Positions 42,874 through 52,629 of a stretch of 64,000 bases of DNA are shown piece after piece. This stretch comes from Porphyridium purpureum (taxonomy: Eukaryota). The DNA lies in contig VRMN01000001.1 in the NCBI GenBank assembly GCA_008690995.1, forward strand, positions 2,852,001 through 2,916,000. Direction: 5' to 3'. The notes beneath the pieces were generated by a model. It worked only from the letters and a program-made list of their open reading frames with translations. It had not been told where the DNA came from and searched no databases. Made by a program: the position numbers and the translations under genes. How positions within the stretch are numbered: the first letter of the stretch is position 1; every line of letters begins with the position of its first letter.

Positions 42874-44034
42874 ATGATCGCGAACGGCTGCTTTGTTGGC
42901 TGTGCGCCCAGCGCGCTGCATGCGTGGCACGTGCGCGATGTCTCGACTCCCGCGAAGAACAGGAGCGTTTGCTCGATTGTGCGTGTCGTGTCCTCCGACG
43001 CAAAGCGTGCGTTTGGAAAGAGGATGTTGGAGATGAGTATGGGCGAGCGCGAGTCGGGCAGCACGTTCGTGGATATTGAATGTTCAGGCTGGGTGCGGCG
43101 CTTTGACGCGCTGATGCAGGGCAAGCCGGTGACAGCGACGACGCTCGGGCAGACGGTGGAGTGGTCTGTGCCTGAAAACGCTGTGGAGCCCTTGAACATG
43201 CTGGAGCATTGGGCATGGCAAAAGTCCATCCAGCTTGATCGCGACCGCGAGAAGATGACTTTCGTGCAGCTGCGTTCCCAGGTGATGCTGATGAATCAGA
43301 CCCAGCCGGCGCGCGCGGATGTGCTGCGCGAACAGCTTCTGAGCAACGAATCCAAAAAGATATCGTTAGTCCGGCGCTTGAGCAGCCCCAATCGCGATTG
43401 GCAGCGACAGGAGCGCGATGCATCAGGTCCGGCTTCTCCGGCGTATGTTCCTGCGCAGATAGCACAGCGCCAATATGAGCAAGGCAGGAATGTGTGCGCG
43501 GTATGTGTTGATTCCGTTCTATATGGGGGCTTACTTTCGGATCTGCAGGTGGTCAGTGCCGTGGCAGAAGGTCAGCAGGCAGTCATTAGTCTCGATCTGA
43601 TCATTAATGCGTACAACATCTTTCAGCATCGGCTGCACGGGAGCGACGGAATCGTTCTGAGTGCTGCCATCTTCCCGCCAAAAGATCTGCTTTACGTTCT
43701 AAAGGCTGCCAGGGCGCTCAAGATTTTCACGATCGTGGAAGTGAATTCGGAGGCTCAAATGGATGACGTATTGGACATGTCTCGTGCTATTGGAGGCCTC
43801 ATTGATGCCGTGCTCGCTGTCGATCGCGATCTCGAGTCGTTGCAGCCGCGTCCCTGGGAGCAGACCCGCCGCCTATTCAGCAGTAGCAGCTGCCGACGAG
43901 AAAAGCCTTCCGGCGTGCTGTATATGGTCGAAGTTGCAGGCGAGGAGGAAGTAGATGCACTTTTCTCAGACGGACCAGATGGTGACGCTGCGATCGGCCG
44001 GCTGATAGACACCGTCCTGGTTCCTGCGCTTTGA
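42874..44034 (+). CDS. Indole-3-glycerol-phosphate synthase (TrpC)-like TIM barrel, catalytic residues degenerate, plastid-targeted
   Basis: PAQIAQRQYEQG, YGGLLSDL, HGSDGIVL, IVEVNSEAQM and DRDL align with the IGPS pattern; ATG 42874 avoids overlap with OTU1. Confidence 0.72.
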   Translation: MIANGCFVGCAPSALHAWHVRDVSTPAKNRSVCSIVRVVSSDAKRAFGKRMLEMSMGERESGSTFVDIECSGWVRRFDALMQGKPVTATTLGQTVEWSVPENAVEPLNMLEHWAWQKSIQLDRDREKMTFVQLRSQVMLMNQTQPARADVLREQLLSNESKKISLVRRLSSPNRDWQRQERDASGPASPAYVPAQIAQRQYEQGRNVCAVCVDSVLYGGLLSDLQVVSAVAEGQQAVISLDLIINAYNIFQHRLHGSDGIVLSAAIFPPKDLLYVLKAARALKIFTIVEVNSEAQMDDVLDMSRAIGGLIDAVLAVDRDLESLQPRPWEQTRRLFSSSSCRREKPSGVLYMVEVAGEEEVDALFSDGPDGDAAIGRLIDTVLVPAL

Positions 44035-44134
44035 GTCGGCGCGCACATGTCCCGTAGAGCTGTTATGGCTAGCTGTGAGGCTTTTCTTTGCGACTATGAT
44101 TCTTTAGCACTATACACACATCAAATCGCAAATT

Positions 44135-46291
44135 TTAAGCAACACGCTCATCCTCGTATGGGTCAACACCCTGCGATTCGGACTCGCTTTGGTCCATGAT
44201 GCTATCTTCACCAACCGTGTACAAATTACTCCCATCGACGACGACGACACCGTTGCCCGACGCCGCCAGCTTCTTTTTACGGTCGTCGCCCTCGCGCCGA
44301 GACAGCATTTCTTGCTGCTCAGCAATCAGTCGCAGGATCCGGCGCTCGTCTGCTTCGGCAACGGTGAATTTGATGCCACTGATGATCATGGACTCCCCAA
44401 CTGCAGGAATCCCGCCCATTTTATCGCACAATAGCCCGGAGATCGTTCCATAGTCGTGCAAGTCGTCTTCGTCGAGTTGCAAGCGCAGTGCCTCCACAAC
44501 GTCTTCCAGATCGGCTTGGCCGGCTACACTGAATTTGCGCTGGCCCAGCGCAGAGATATCGTCACCACCGGATTCGTCTTCCAGATCGTCTTCGTCGTAA
44601 ATTTCACCCACGAGCTCTTCTAGAATATCTTCCAAGGTAATCAGCCCGGCCGTGCCGCCGTACTCATCCACGACGATTGCCATGTGCAATCTACGTTTGC
44701 GCATTTCCTCGAGTGCCACCCAGCAGGATATGCTTTCTGGAATGAAGAATGCCGAGTCGGCAATATCTTTCACCAGATGTTCGTCCAAGTATGCTTGTTG
44801 CGCGTTGACTGGCCGTGCAGCTCTTCCCGGACGTCGCGATTCCTTTTCTTTCTCACCCACGGCTCCACCAGAGTCAGAGCCTTCAGGTGCATCGCTCCCC
44901 GGGGACACGCCCGACATTGCTTGTTGCGCTTCCTGCGGCGAAGCCACGCCGGGTTTTGATGAAAAACGCTCCATATCCAGGTAGCTGAGCAGACTTTTCG
45001 CATAGATGGTGCCAATAATGTCGTCAATGCCGGAATTAAAGACCGGCATACGGCTGAAATGGCAATCCTTTTCGATGCGCAAAAATTCACGAAGAGTTGC
45101 GTTTCCCGACACGCTCACCATGTCCACACGCGGGCACATTATTTCACGCACTGCCTTTTCGTTTAGGTCAAGCGCGTTGGTGATCAGCTTGCTTTCAAAT
45201 TGCTCAATGGATCCACTGGCATCCGCGCCCGCCACAATGAGTCGCAGCTCTTGCTCGGAGACGCCTACTTCAGTTTGGGATGGCAGATGAAACGCACGTA
45301 GCACAAGCGAGCTTGACATGGCCAGAATTCGGCCAAGAGGATAAAGAACAATTGACAGAGCCTGAATGATCGGAAACACGGCGCGCGCAACCATTTGCGA
45401 ATTGTGGACGGCCAGACTCTTCGGAAGAATCTCGCCAAAGAACAAGAATACAAGGGTGAGCAAGAATGTCACGTATACCATACCCTGTGCCCCAAAGAAT
45501 GCCGTCGCGATTTCCGTGGCAACGGAGGTGGAGAGAATGGTACACACGGTCGTAGCGATTAAAATGGTGGTTAAGTACCGAGTCACGTCCTTTTCTAGCG
45601 CCGCGAAAATCGAGCCAGGCCCTTCCTCGGCAGACAACTCGCGAATTTTCCACGGGTACAAGGTAGTGATCGCCGTCTCGGCAGCGGCAAGCGCCGAGCC
45701 GCACACAAAAAGCCCAACAAAGATTGCGATACTTGCCTGTGCGTCGCGAAAACTCATTGGCGGGGAGCTCGGATCGCGTGCGCCTTCGCCAGCTATAACC
45801 GTTGCCGGGAATGGGAGAGCAGCGGTCAGCGCAGCGGCGAGCACTGCCCTTGGTCTTAAAGATCTGCAGAAGACAAGCACTAAACAGAGCGCCAGTCCTG
45901 CTTGTACCCATGGGCGAAGCGGGGAGCCCTTAGTCTGGCTGCGCCGCCGCCAAGCCATCCACATGAATCTAGACGAACAAAGGCAGCGCCACATCCGTCG
46001 CACCACCTCGCGCAGCTGCCAAGCTACGTGCCGTTGTCGCCGTATCTGAACCGCCTCCCTCTTACCCATTTGCATTCGAGCCGGTGCTGCGTGGCACATG
46101 CCCAGGGGACGCCGTTGCTGCTCTTGCGTCCTTCTGGCCTGTGGTGCACGTGACGTGGTAGCACCCCCATCACCGACCTTCCCACGCCTCGCAAACACAC
46201 CACTATTTCTATTGTAGGCCAAAGCATGCAGCAACGGCATGTGGAAAGCCAATGCGCTCGCATTGACGGCGCGCACCCCAGCAGCACCCAT
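44135..46291 (-). CDS. CNNM/DUF21-CBS-CorC protein (Mg2+/Co2+ transport family), plastid-type
   Basis: AAETAITT, FGEILPKS, MCPRVDM, FSRMPV, AIVVDEYGGTAGLITLEDILEELVGEIYDEDD, CorC_HlyC tail. Confidence 0.93.
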   Translation of the reverse strand: MGAAGVRAVNASALAFHMPLLHALAYNRNSGVFARRGKVGDGGATTSRAPQARRTQEQQRRPLGMCHAAPARMQMGKREAVQIRRQRHVAWQLREVVRRMWRCLCSSRFMWMAWRRRSQTKGSPLRPWVQAGLALCLVLVFCRSLRPRAVLAAALTAALPFPATVIAGEGARDPSSPPMSFRDAQASIAIFVGLFVCGSALAAAETAITTLYPWKIRELSAEEGPGSIFAALEKDVTRYLTTILIATTVCTILSTSVATEIATAFFGAQGMVYVTFLLTLVFLFFGEILPKSLAVHNSQMVARAVFPIIQALSIVLYPLGRILAMSSSLVLRAFHLPSQTEVGVSEQELRLIVAGADASGSIEQFESKLITNALDLNEKAVREIMCPRVDMVSVSGNATLREFLRIEKDCHFSRMPVFNSGIDDIIGTIYAKSLLSYLDMERFSSKPGVASPQEAQQAMSGVSPGSDAPEGSDSGGAVGEKEKESRRPGRAARPVNAQQAYLDEHLVKDIADSAFFIPESISCWVALEEMRKRRLHMAIVVDEYGGTAGLITLEDILEELVGEIYDEDDLEDESGGDDISALGQRKFSVAGQADLEDVVEALRLQLDEDDLHDYGTISGLLCDKMGGIPAVGESMIISGIKFTVAEADERRILRLIAEQQEMLSRREGDDRKKKLAASGNGVVVVDGSNLYTVGEDSIMDQSESESQGVDPYEDERVA

Positions 46292-47701
46292 TATGCTTCA
46301 CGTTCTCACGCACCCCCACACACCCTCCAAACCCCCGATCCAAGACCAACGAATCGGCCTGACCCCAGGTATTCGACAGACGGCGTGAATAAGTGACGCC
46401 GCGTCGCGCTCGCCACGAGCGCACCCGCCCCGCTTTCCCGTCCGGCCCTCCCGCGTTCGTTCCTTCCCCGCTCTCTCACCCTCTGTCTCTCTCTGCCTTT
46501 CCCCCGTACGCCTCCGATCACGTGATCCAAACCGCGCCGCAAAACCAGCTTGAAGTCAACTGTACCCTATTCAGTGCCTAGGGTACACTGCATGGGCTCT
46601 CCGTTCGACGCCAGTTGGACGAGTCCGCGCGTTTCTCGCTGCTGCAGGTGGAAGCGTGACGAACGAGTCCTGAATGGACTCCCAATCTGAGTGACAGACC
46701 TGTCCTTTTGCACGTCAGCACGCGCTGCTGCTCCTCGGAATTCGCGCACTGCCGATGTGAACGGCCAATCCAAAAGGCATTCTATCGCAGCAAAGTTCAA
46801 CGTTTAGCTTTTGCCAACTCGCACTCACTGCCCAGCCTACAAGCAGCGTGGCTACGCTTTGCGTCGAGCTTTATGCGTGGTTTATGTTTATGACTTAATG
46901 GACGGTTTCTCCATGCTCCTGTCATTCTCTTACAGTCGCAGCCACTGGTCATACTTTAAAGATCAGCGTCTTCTCGGTTGCCAGATGCCGACTACCTGTT
47001 AGCCGTTTCGCCGTTCACGATCCGCGGCTTCCCTTGCATTTCCCACAGTTACTGACCTGAAAGAGTTCGGAAATTTGAGGTCCTGGTTTCAGACAAGAAG
47101 CACGTGTTTCAATGTGACTCATGCGCTGTTCCTCCAGAGGTCGAACGCGTCTACGGGCCGCTCTACGCCGGATTTTTTTCCTTTCCAGACTCAGACCATG
47201 TCAACACAACAAAGTCCGTGCCGCTGCACTCTTTGTCTGCAGGAGGGCGTGAGGGAACCGCGTCGTGGGCTTTTCGAAATTGAGCGCGGGGCACCTGGCA
47301 TGCACCGGCCACCATGCGACGGCGCACCCATTCAGCAGGCTTCACGTAGGCGAGAGAGTTCACCATCAACTCGGCTCTAGGTGTCGTTTCGAGTGAGCAG
47401 AAGTGCCGCGCGCGCGACCAAATGGGGCTTGTCAGCTGTACTTTAGACTGTACTTGATGCGGTTTCGTTTCGAGCGAGCGTGCGGTGATGGCGCACCGAA
47501 AGGATTTATGGTGGTGTGTGAGAAGGCCGGGACGGCACCGGGAGTACGTGATTCTTGGACGGCGGAGCAGCGGCGTGCGGCGACAGAGGGCGAGAAAGGT
47601 TAAAGACTGTTGCACCTGGGAGGTGAGCGTGCGCGCGGGAACTATCGTAGAGATAGGCGATTTGGTTGGGTGGTCGCTGGGGTCGGAAGAGGCGTGCGGC
47701 C

Positions 47702-48106
47702 ATGGCGGACATGAAGGAGTTCTCGATGCTCGAAGTTTTGGAACACGCCTCGCGGCAGGACTTTTGGATGGTGATTGACGGGAAGGTGTACGACGTCACT
47801 TCGTTTCTTTTGGACCATCCGGGTGGCGACGATCTCTTGCTGCAGACGCTCGGGCGCGACGCGCATCGAGAGTTCGAGGACGTGGGTCATTCCGGTGATG
47901 CGCGTCAGAAGCTGGAAGAGCTCTTCGTCGGAAAGCTGCGCGACCCCACACCGGAAGAGAGCGAGAAGATGGCAGAACTAGAGAAAGCGGGAAAGAAGGT
48001 GGGGCCCGTCGCGTCGGCGAACTCTCCGGTCCAGACTGCGCTCAAGTTCTTGTTCCCCGTGCTCATCCTCGTCATCGCGCTCGTGGTCAGAAAGTACGTC
48101 TCATAG
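47702..48106 (+). CDS. CYB5: Cytochrome b5, tail-anchored
   Basis: WMVIDGKVYDVTSFLLDHPGG, FEDVGHS, C-terminal TM. Confidence 0.96.
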   Translation: MADMKEFSMLEVLEHASRQDFWMVIDGKVYDVTSFLLDHPGGDDLLLQTLGRDAHREFEDVGHSGDARQKLEELFVGKLRDPTPEESEKMAELEKAGKKVGPVASANSPVQTALKFLFPVLILVIALVVRKYVS

Positions 48107-48277
48107 GCAAGATCGCCTCTAGATTTCTTCGTAGGGATTTAAAAAGGGGTTCAAGCCGTGGACGTGGTCGTACTCTGCGCACGTGCGTTGCCACATGTCA
48201 AAGTTCCTGGAGCATCGACACTGATGTAACACTAAGTTCTTTATCTCTGACGTTCACGCAGCGCGAAAACCATGACA

Positions 48278-49462
48278 CTAGATTGGTCCGTGGTGGCCAA
48301 GCGCGAGCCCCGTGACCAGAATTCCCAAAACCAAGAAAGGCTGCGCCGCCGCTTGGTATTTAACATCATTCTCAATCGGATCCTTCAGGAAAAACTTTTG
48401 CTGGAAGTACATTTGCGGCAGAATGAGCGCTGTAAGTGCCGCAGCGTACGTGTTTTCTCCAATGCCAAATAGAACTGCCGCCACAAGCACCTGAAAGATA
48501 TCAATCGTGCCCACGCAGATCCACTTGGCCTTCTCCACGCCGAATGCCACAGGCAAGGAATTCAGGCCCATGGCTCGGTCTCCCTCTATGCTTTTGAAGT
48601 CGTTCACAATGGCAATGCCGAGCCCGGCAAACGAGTAGAACATCGTCAGCAGCATAGTTTTCCAGTCAAGCGTCCCAAACACGAGCTGCCCAGCCCACCA
48701 GGGCAACGAGATGTAGCTCGCTCCCAGCGCGTAATTGCCGATCCAGCCGTTCTGTTTAAGCTTGAGCGGCGGGGCCGAATAAATGTACGAGATGAGCGAA
48801 CCGAATAAGGCCGCAATGAGTACATACGGTGTTTCGTGCTGTGCCCACACATCTAGCCCGTATGCCGTGCCAAGCCCAGCGCCCAACAGCAGCACGATCT
48901 GCGCCTTGACCTGACCCTCCGTGATTCTCCCCGAGGGAATTGGCCGGTAGGGCTCATTGATCGCGTCGATGTCGCGGTCGTACCAATCGTTGATTGTCTG
49001 CGTGAAGCCTGTCAGAAACGGACCCGACATTACCATGCACACCAACAACTTTGCAATATCTTCCGGGTTGTTCCACACATAATTTCCAGACGCCGCTGCG
49101 CCGCACGCGACACCCCAGATCAGCGGAATCCACGTCACCGGCTTCATCAGCTGGACACGGATTCGCATCAATGACACGTCCTCTTCATCCGCGGCGCCGC
49201 GGATGCCCATAATCTGTCGCGCGGCCGAGTTTTCTGCCGCCGAACCTTTCGCTTTGGTCTGGTCTTGCTCCTGCTCGAGTCCATTCTGATCCTGCTCCTG
49301 CTTCTGACTCATGCGCAAGAACACAGTGTTTGTCCTTCCTGTCGCACGTACGCGTCGTCGTCCAACTTCGTGCCGCGCTACACGCACCGGACTTCGCGCC
49401 AGCTGCGCGCCACGCGTCGGGCCTGCGCCCGAAGTCAAGGCATTCCAGGCGCTCACAAACAT
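48278..49462 (-). CDS. chlG: Chlorophyll synthase, plastid-targeted
   Basis: QLMKPVTWIPLIWGV, TINDWYDRDIDAINEPYRPIPSG, YSAPPLKLKQNGW, VNDFKSIEGDR, NDVKYQA. Confidence 0.97.
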   Translation of the reverse strand: MFVSAWNALTSGAGPTRGAQLARSPVRVARHEVGRRRVRATGRTNTVFLRMSQKQEQDQNGLEQEQDQTKAKGSAAENSAARQIMGIRGAADEEDVSLMRIRVQLMKPVTWIPLIWGVACGAAASGNYVWNNPEDIAKLLVCMVMSGPFLTGFTQTINDWYDRDIDAINEPYRPIPSGRITEGQVKAQIVLLLGAGLGTAYGLDVWAQHETPYVLIAALFGSLISYIYSAPPLKLKQNGWIGNYALGASYISLPWWAGQLVFGTLDWKTMLLTMFYSFAGLGIAIVNDFKSIEGDRAMGLNSLPVAFGVEKAKWICVGTIDIFQVLVAAVLFGIGENTYAAALTALILPQMYFQQKFFLKDPIENDVKYQAAAQPFLVLGILVTGLALGHHGPI

Positions 49463-49761
49463 GGCTGTGCTCTGTCCCGTGCTTCTTTCCCGAAGATCCC
49501 AACCACTGGAAATGAGTGCTCAACTCGACGTCGCCGACGTCCGCACACGAGCTCGACAGGTTAAAATTTGGATCTCGCTTGAAAAGGTGGCACCGTGTGG
49601 GGGGAGTTTATGGTCTCCCTCTGTTCACGTCCGTGGAAGTCGACCTTATTTGAAAGGGATGAATCGAGGTTGGAAAGTCTAGCTTGTCCTCAAAGGATCC
49701 GCGAGCGATGAAACGCAGCGTATGTGTGTGTTTATGTATGTTTGTGTGTGTATGCGTTATC

Positions 49762-50220
49762 CTACAGTTGTTCCGCAGTGGTGGCGCACTCATCCTTGCA
49801 CTCGCGAATGCACTCGGACCTTTCACGAGCAGGCCCAGCACGTGGGACCGTGCACTTGTAGATGCACTCGCTGAGGCACAGCTGGTACGTCTTTTCCTCC
49901 TTGGTTCCGCGTTTCGGCTTGCTTGCCACCAAAATCATCGCGAACGTCATGATCTGGCCGAGGAACGAGCGCCTGGACGCTGCGGACGTCGAGGACTCTT
50001 CGCCAGGCGCTCCATTCATGTGTCTCATGACCGCACCTCGCCAGTTTGCAATAGCTCCGCGCAGCTTCCTGCCGAGCGACCTGCTCGCTTCCGACTGACG
50101 CACGATCACTCCGTGCTGCAGAACGCCTCGCTCCGAAGCCGCGCCGTTCTTGTTCCTCACGGAAGCCGGCCATCCTGTGGGCGCGAACGCCGTGGTCGCT
50201 CCTATCCCCGTGAACACCAT
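49762..50220 (-). CDS. Small Cys-rich protein with plastid transit peptide and twin-arginine signal (putative thylakoid lumen)
   Basis: MVFTG..AFAP start; SRRSFL plus hydrophobic stretch; mature part CLSECIYKC...CIRECKDEC. Confidence 0.68.
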   Translation of the reverse strand: MVFTGIGATTAFAPTGWPASVRNKNGAASERGVLQHGVIVRQSEASRSLGRKLRGAIANWRGAVMRHMNGAPGEESSTSAASRRSFLGQIMTFAMILVASKPKRGTKEEKTYQLCLSECIYKCTVPRAGPARERSECIRECKDECATTAEQL

Positions 50221-51224
50221 TCTCCCAACCGCAATCGTCCAGAAAATGTCGCAGTGAGCCTGCCTTCCTTCAACGCCGAATCTCACGTTCACGCTCCACC
50301 CGTCAGCGCGATCTGCACGCGAACACTTTTGAGCGTGTGGGTGCACTGTTTATCAGCTGTACTACAGCTGTACTTGTGGGGCGCAAACAATGAAGCATCG
50401 GAGATTTGAGTCAATCGACACGTCGATATCATTCACGGACGCACAACCCGCACAAGACCTTGTCAGACTTGGCGATGTGCGGACTGTCACGCGGGCATTG
50501 ATTCAGTTCTCGACTAGACTGGTGTGAACGAATGTGGCACTTGGCGTCGAATACGTCCTCGCACTGTTCCTAAAGATTACTTGAGCTCGCGCGCGCGGCG
50601 ACCAGCACACACGAGCCCGAGCTCGGTTGGTACTCGCGTCATCAAGCACCACAAGCCTCGGAAACAGCAAGAGAGGAGACATCTTCTAGCAGCCCACCTC
50701 GGCTGGAAGAGAACGGCTTCATCTTGGAGAGAAAATCTGGTGATGTTCTGACGCGCAATCTGGGCTGCGTCTCCAGAGATTCAAACTGCGAGAATGGAGC
50801 ACTTACAAAAGAGCCGGGTCGCGATGATTTTCAGCACCAATAGCGGGAGTTCAAGACCCCGAGCTTGTGAGTCTTTCTTCAGAATTCGTGCGGTTCGATT
50901 CGGATCATCAATTGGGTGATGAAAACCGCATTCATGCTGCGTCCAGTTTTGGCTCCAAAATCTTCAACCGATTTGAGATGGGTTTTAAATTCAGTACATA
51001 CTCACTGCGCGACAGTTTCGTACGGTATATCAATTGAACACGGTTCCTGATGCCGCTACGTCACTATGTTCGGAACGTACTGGACGAAACTGGAGGAACG
51101 AGAACGACACCGGTTGGTCGGCGTTCCATGAAACTTGGAAGCCAGAAAAGCCCCCGCAATTTCAACGAGAGTGCCGACATCTTACACAGAAGTGCATTTT
51201 CGCTCACTCGCCGATCGAAAGCAC

Positions 51225-52226
51225 TCATTCATTCCGAGATGCGCGTTCACGACGGGCTTGACGCTCCAAAGCACGTCGCTGACTTGGCTTCAGATCCTGA
51301 AGTTGCGGAGCAGCCTCTCCTTCTCCTTGCGCGAACGGATCTTGCCCTAGCGTATCTGACAAAGATGAATTCTCTGGAAACGCGTGCGGGTCTTCGGCGG
51401 GACTTTCGTATTTAGCGGCAGGTACGTCTGTCTGGAATCCACCGGACTCGTTTCGATCCTCCGCGTAGGCGTCCACATTCCACACATCCGCTGGCTCAAA
51501 TGACCGACCGTCTACTGGGATGCTTCCGCGCGCATCATCCTGGGCGACGCGTGCAGGGAAAGATCCAGTACTTGGTGAAACTGTGGCGGCCTGCTCTGCA
51601 CGCCATTCGGGTGCATCGGGCGGATACATGAGCGGATCATTATTCCGTGGAGGCGGTCCCCTAACAGTTGCCTCCCGCCGGTCACGCTGCTCTTTCGACG
51701 GGCGACCGACGCGCTTGTCGTCTGGGATCAGCTCGCATAAACCCAAGTAGTCGTCTGTCTGTTGTACAAAGTCGTACACGGTCAGGCCAAAGGCTTGGAA
51801 ATCAATTGGCTGGATTTCGAGACGCCGTTGAAAAGGGCCCTGCAATCCTTCGACCTCTGCGAGAATAATTTTCGTTTCTATCGCGACGGGCGAATTCTCG
51901 AGCGCGGTAACCGATTTTACGAGCCGTTCGCGCTCAAAGTGGCTCATCCAGCCAGCGGACGAGAGGCCGACAAAGACGGCTCCAAAAAAGCGCAGCGGGC
52001 GTGGCGTCTTAAAGTACCGCCCGATGGCCAGCACCGCTCCCGTCGCAATGCAACCGCCCAGCAACTCGCGAAAAAAGATGGAGCTGAAGCCGGCCTTGAT
52101 CACCTTGGACTCGACCTCATTCATGCGATACCCATTATCTTGGGCGCGCAAAATCAGCTCGCGGAATACCGCGCCTGCGGAGGCCGCCTCGGGCTCGCCG
52201 TGTCTATATCCTGGTGCTTCACCCAT
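51225..52226 (-). CDS. Hypothetical two-TM membrane protein, weak OCIA-domain resemblance
   Basis: Two Gly-rich hydrophobic segments followed by LENSPVA and a disordered C-terminus. Confidence 0.6.
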   Translation of the reverse strand: MGEAPGYRHGEPEAASAGAVFRELILRAQDNGYRMNEVESKVIKAGFSSIFFRELLGGCIATGAVLAIGRYFKTPRPLRFFGAVFVGLSSAGWMSHFERERLVKSVTALENSPVAIETKIILAEVEGLQGPFQRRLEIQPIDFQAFGLTVYDFVQQTDDYLGLCELIPDDKRVGRPSKEQRDRREATVRGPPPRNNDPLMYPPDAPEWRAEQAATVSPSTGSFPARVAQDDARGSIPVDGRSFEPADVWNVDAYAEDRNESGGFQTDVPAAKYESPAEDPHAFPENSSLSDTLGQDPFAQGEGEAAPQLQDLKPSQRRALERQARRERASRNE

Positions 52227-52629
52227 CCCGGTCGTTGCACGCTTTGCCAGCCCCGCATGCCAACTCCTGCTTGTTCGCCTTGAATGGCGGACACGTTCGT
52301 GAACTTCGTGATCAAATGAGCAGATTTTCTGATGGAGCCATCGAATCGCTTTGGAGGTTTAGTGCACGAGCCAGATTGTGAAGAGCGCAGCGAAATGGCA
52401 TCGTTTCACAAACGTGCATTCGAGCACGAAGGGAGATGGGGGGAATGAGAAGGATGTTGTGGCAGGAGTGGGGTGGTGTATGGCTCGCCCACTTTTTTTA
52501 AACAGGTATTCGCTACAAAGATGATGCAGATGCTACTGTGTTTTGTTTCATAGTGGTATAAATTTATTTCGCAAATTATTTTGTTATCGTTTCCAAAATT
52601 GTTCGTCCAGAGAGACAAAAATTAGCTCG

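Noticed and set aside
46550..47650. Short ORFs between the CNNM and cytochrome b5 genes
   Set aside because: No motifs or targeting signals; a spliced small gene cannot be excluded but is not supportable
44135..50220. Apparent cluster of plastid-function genes (CNNM, chlG, lumen protein)
   Set aside because: Plastid-targeted genes are common throughout the window, so proximity alone is not evidence of a functional cluster
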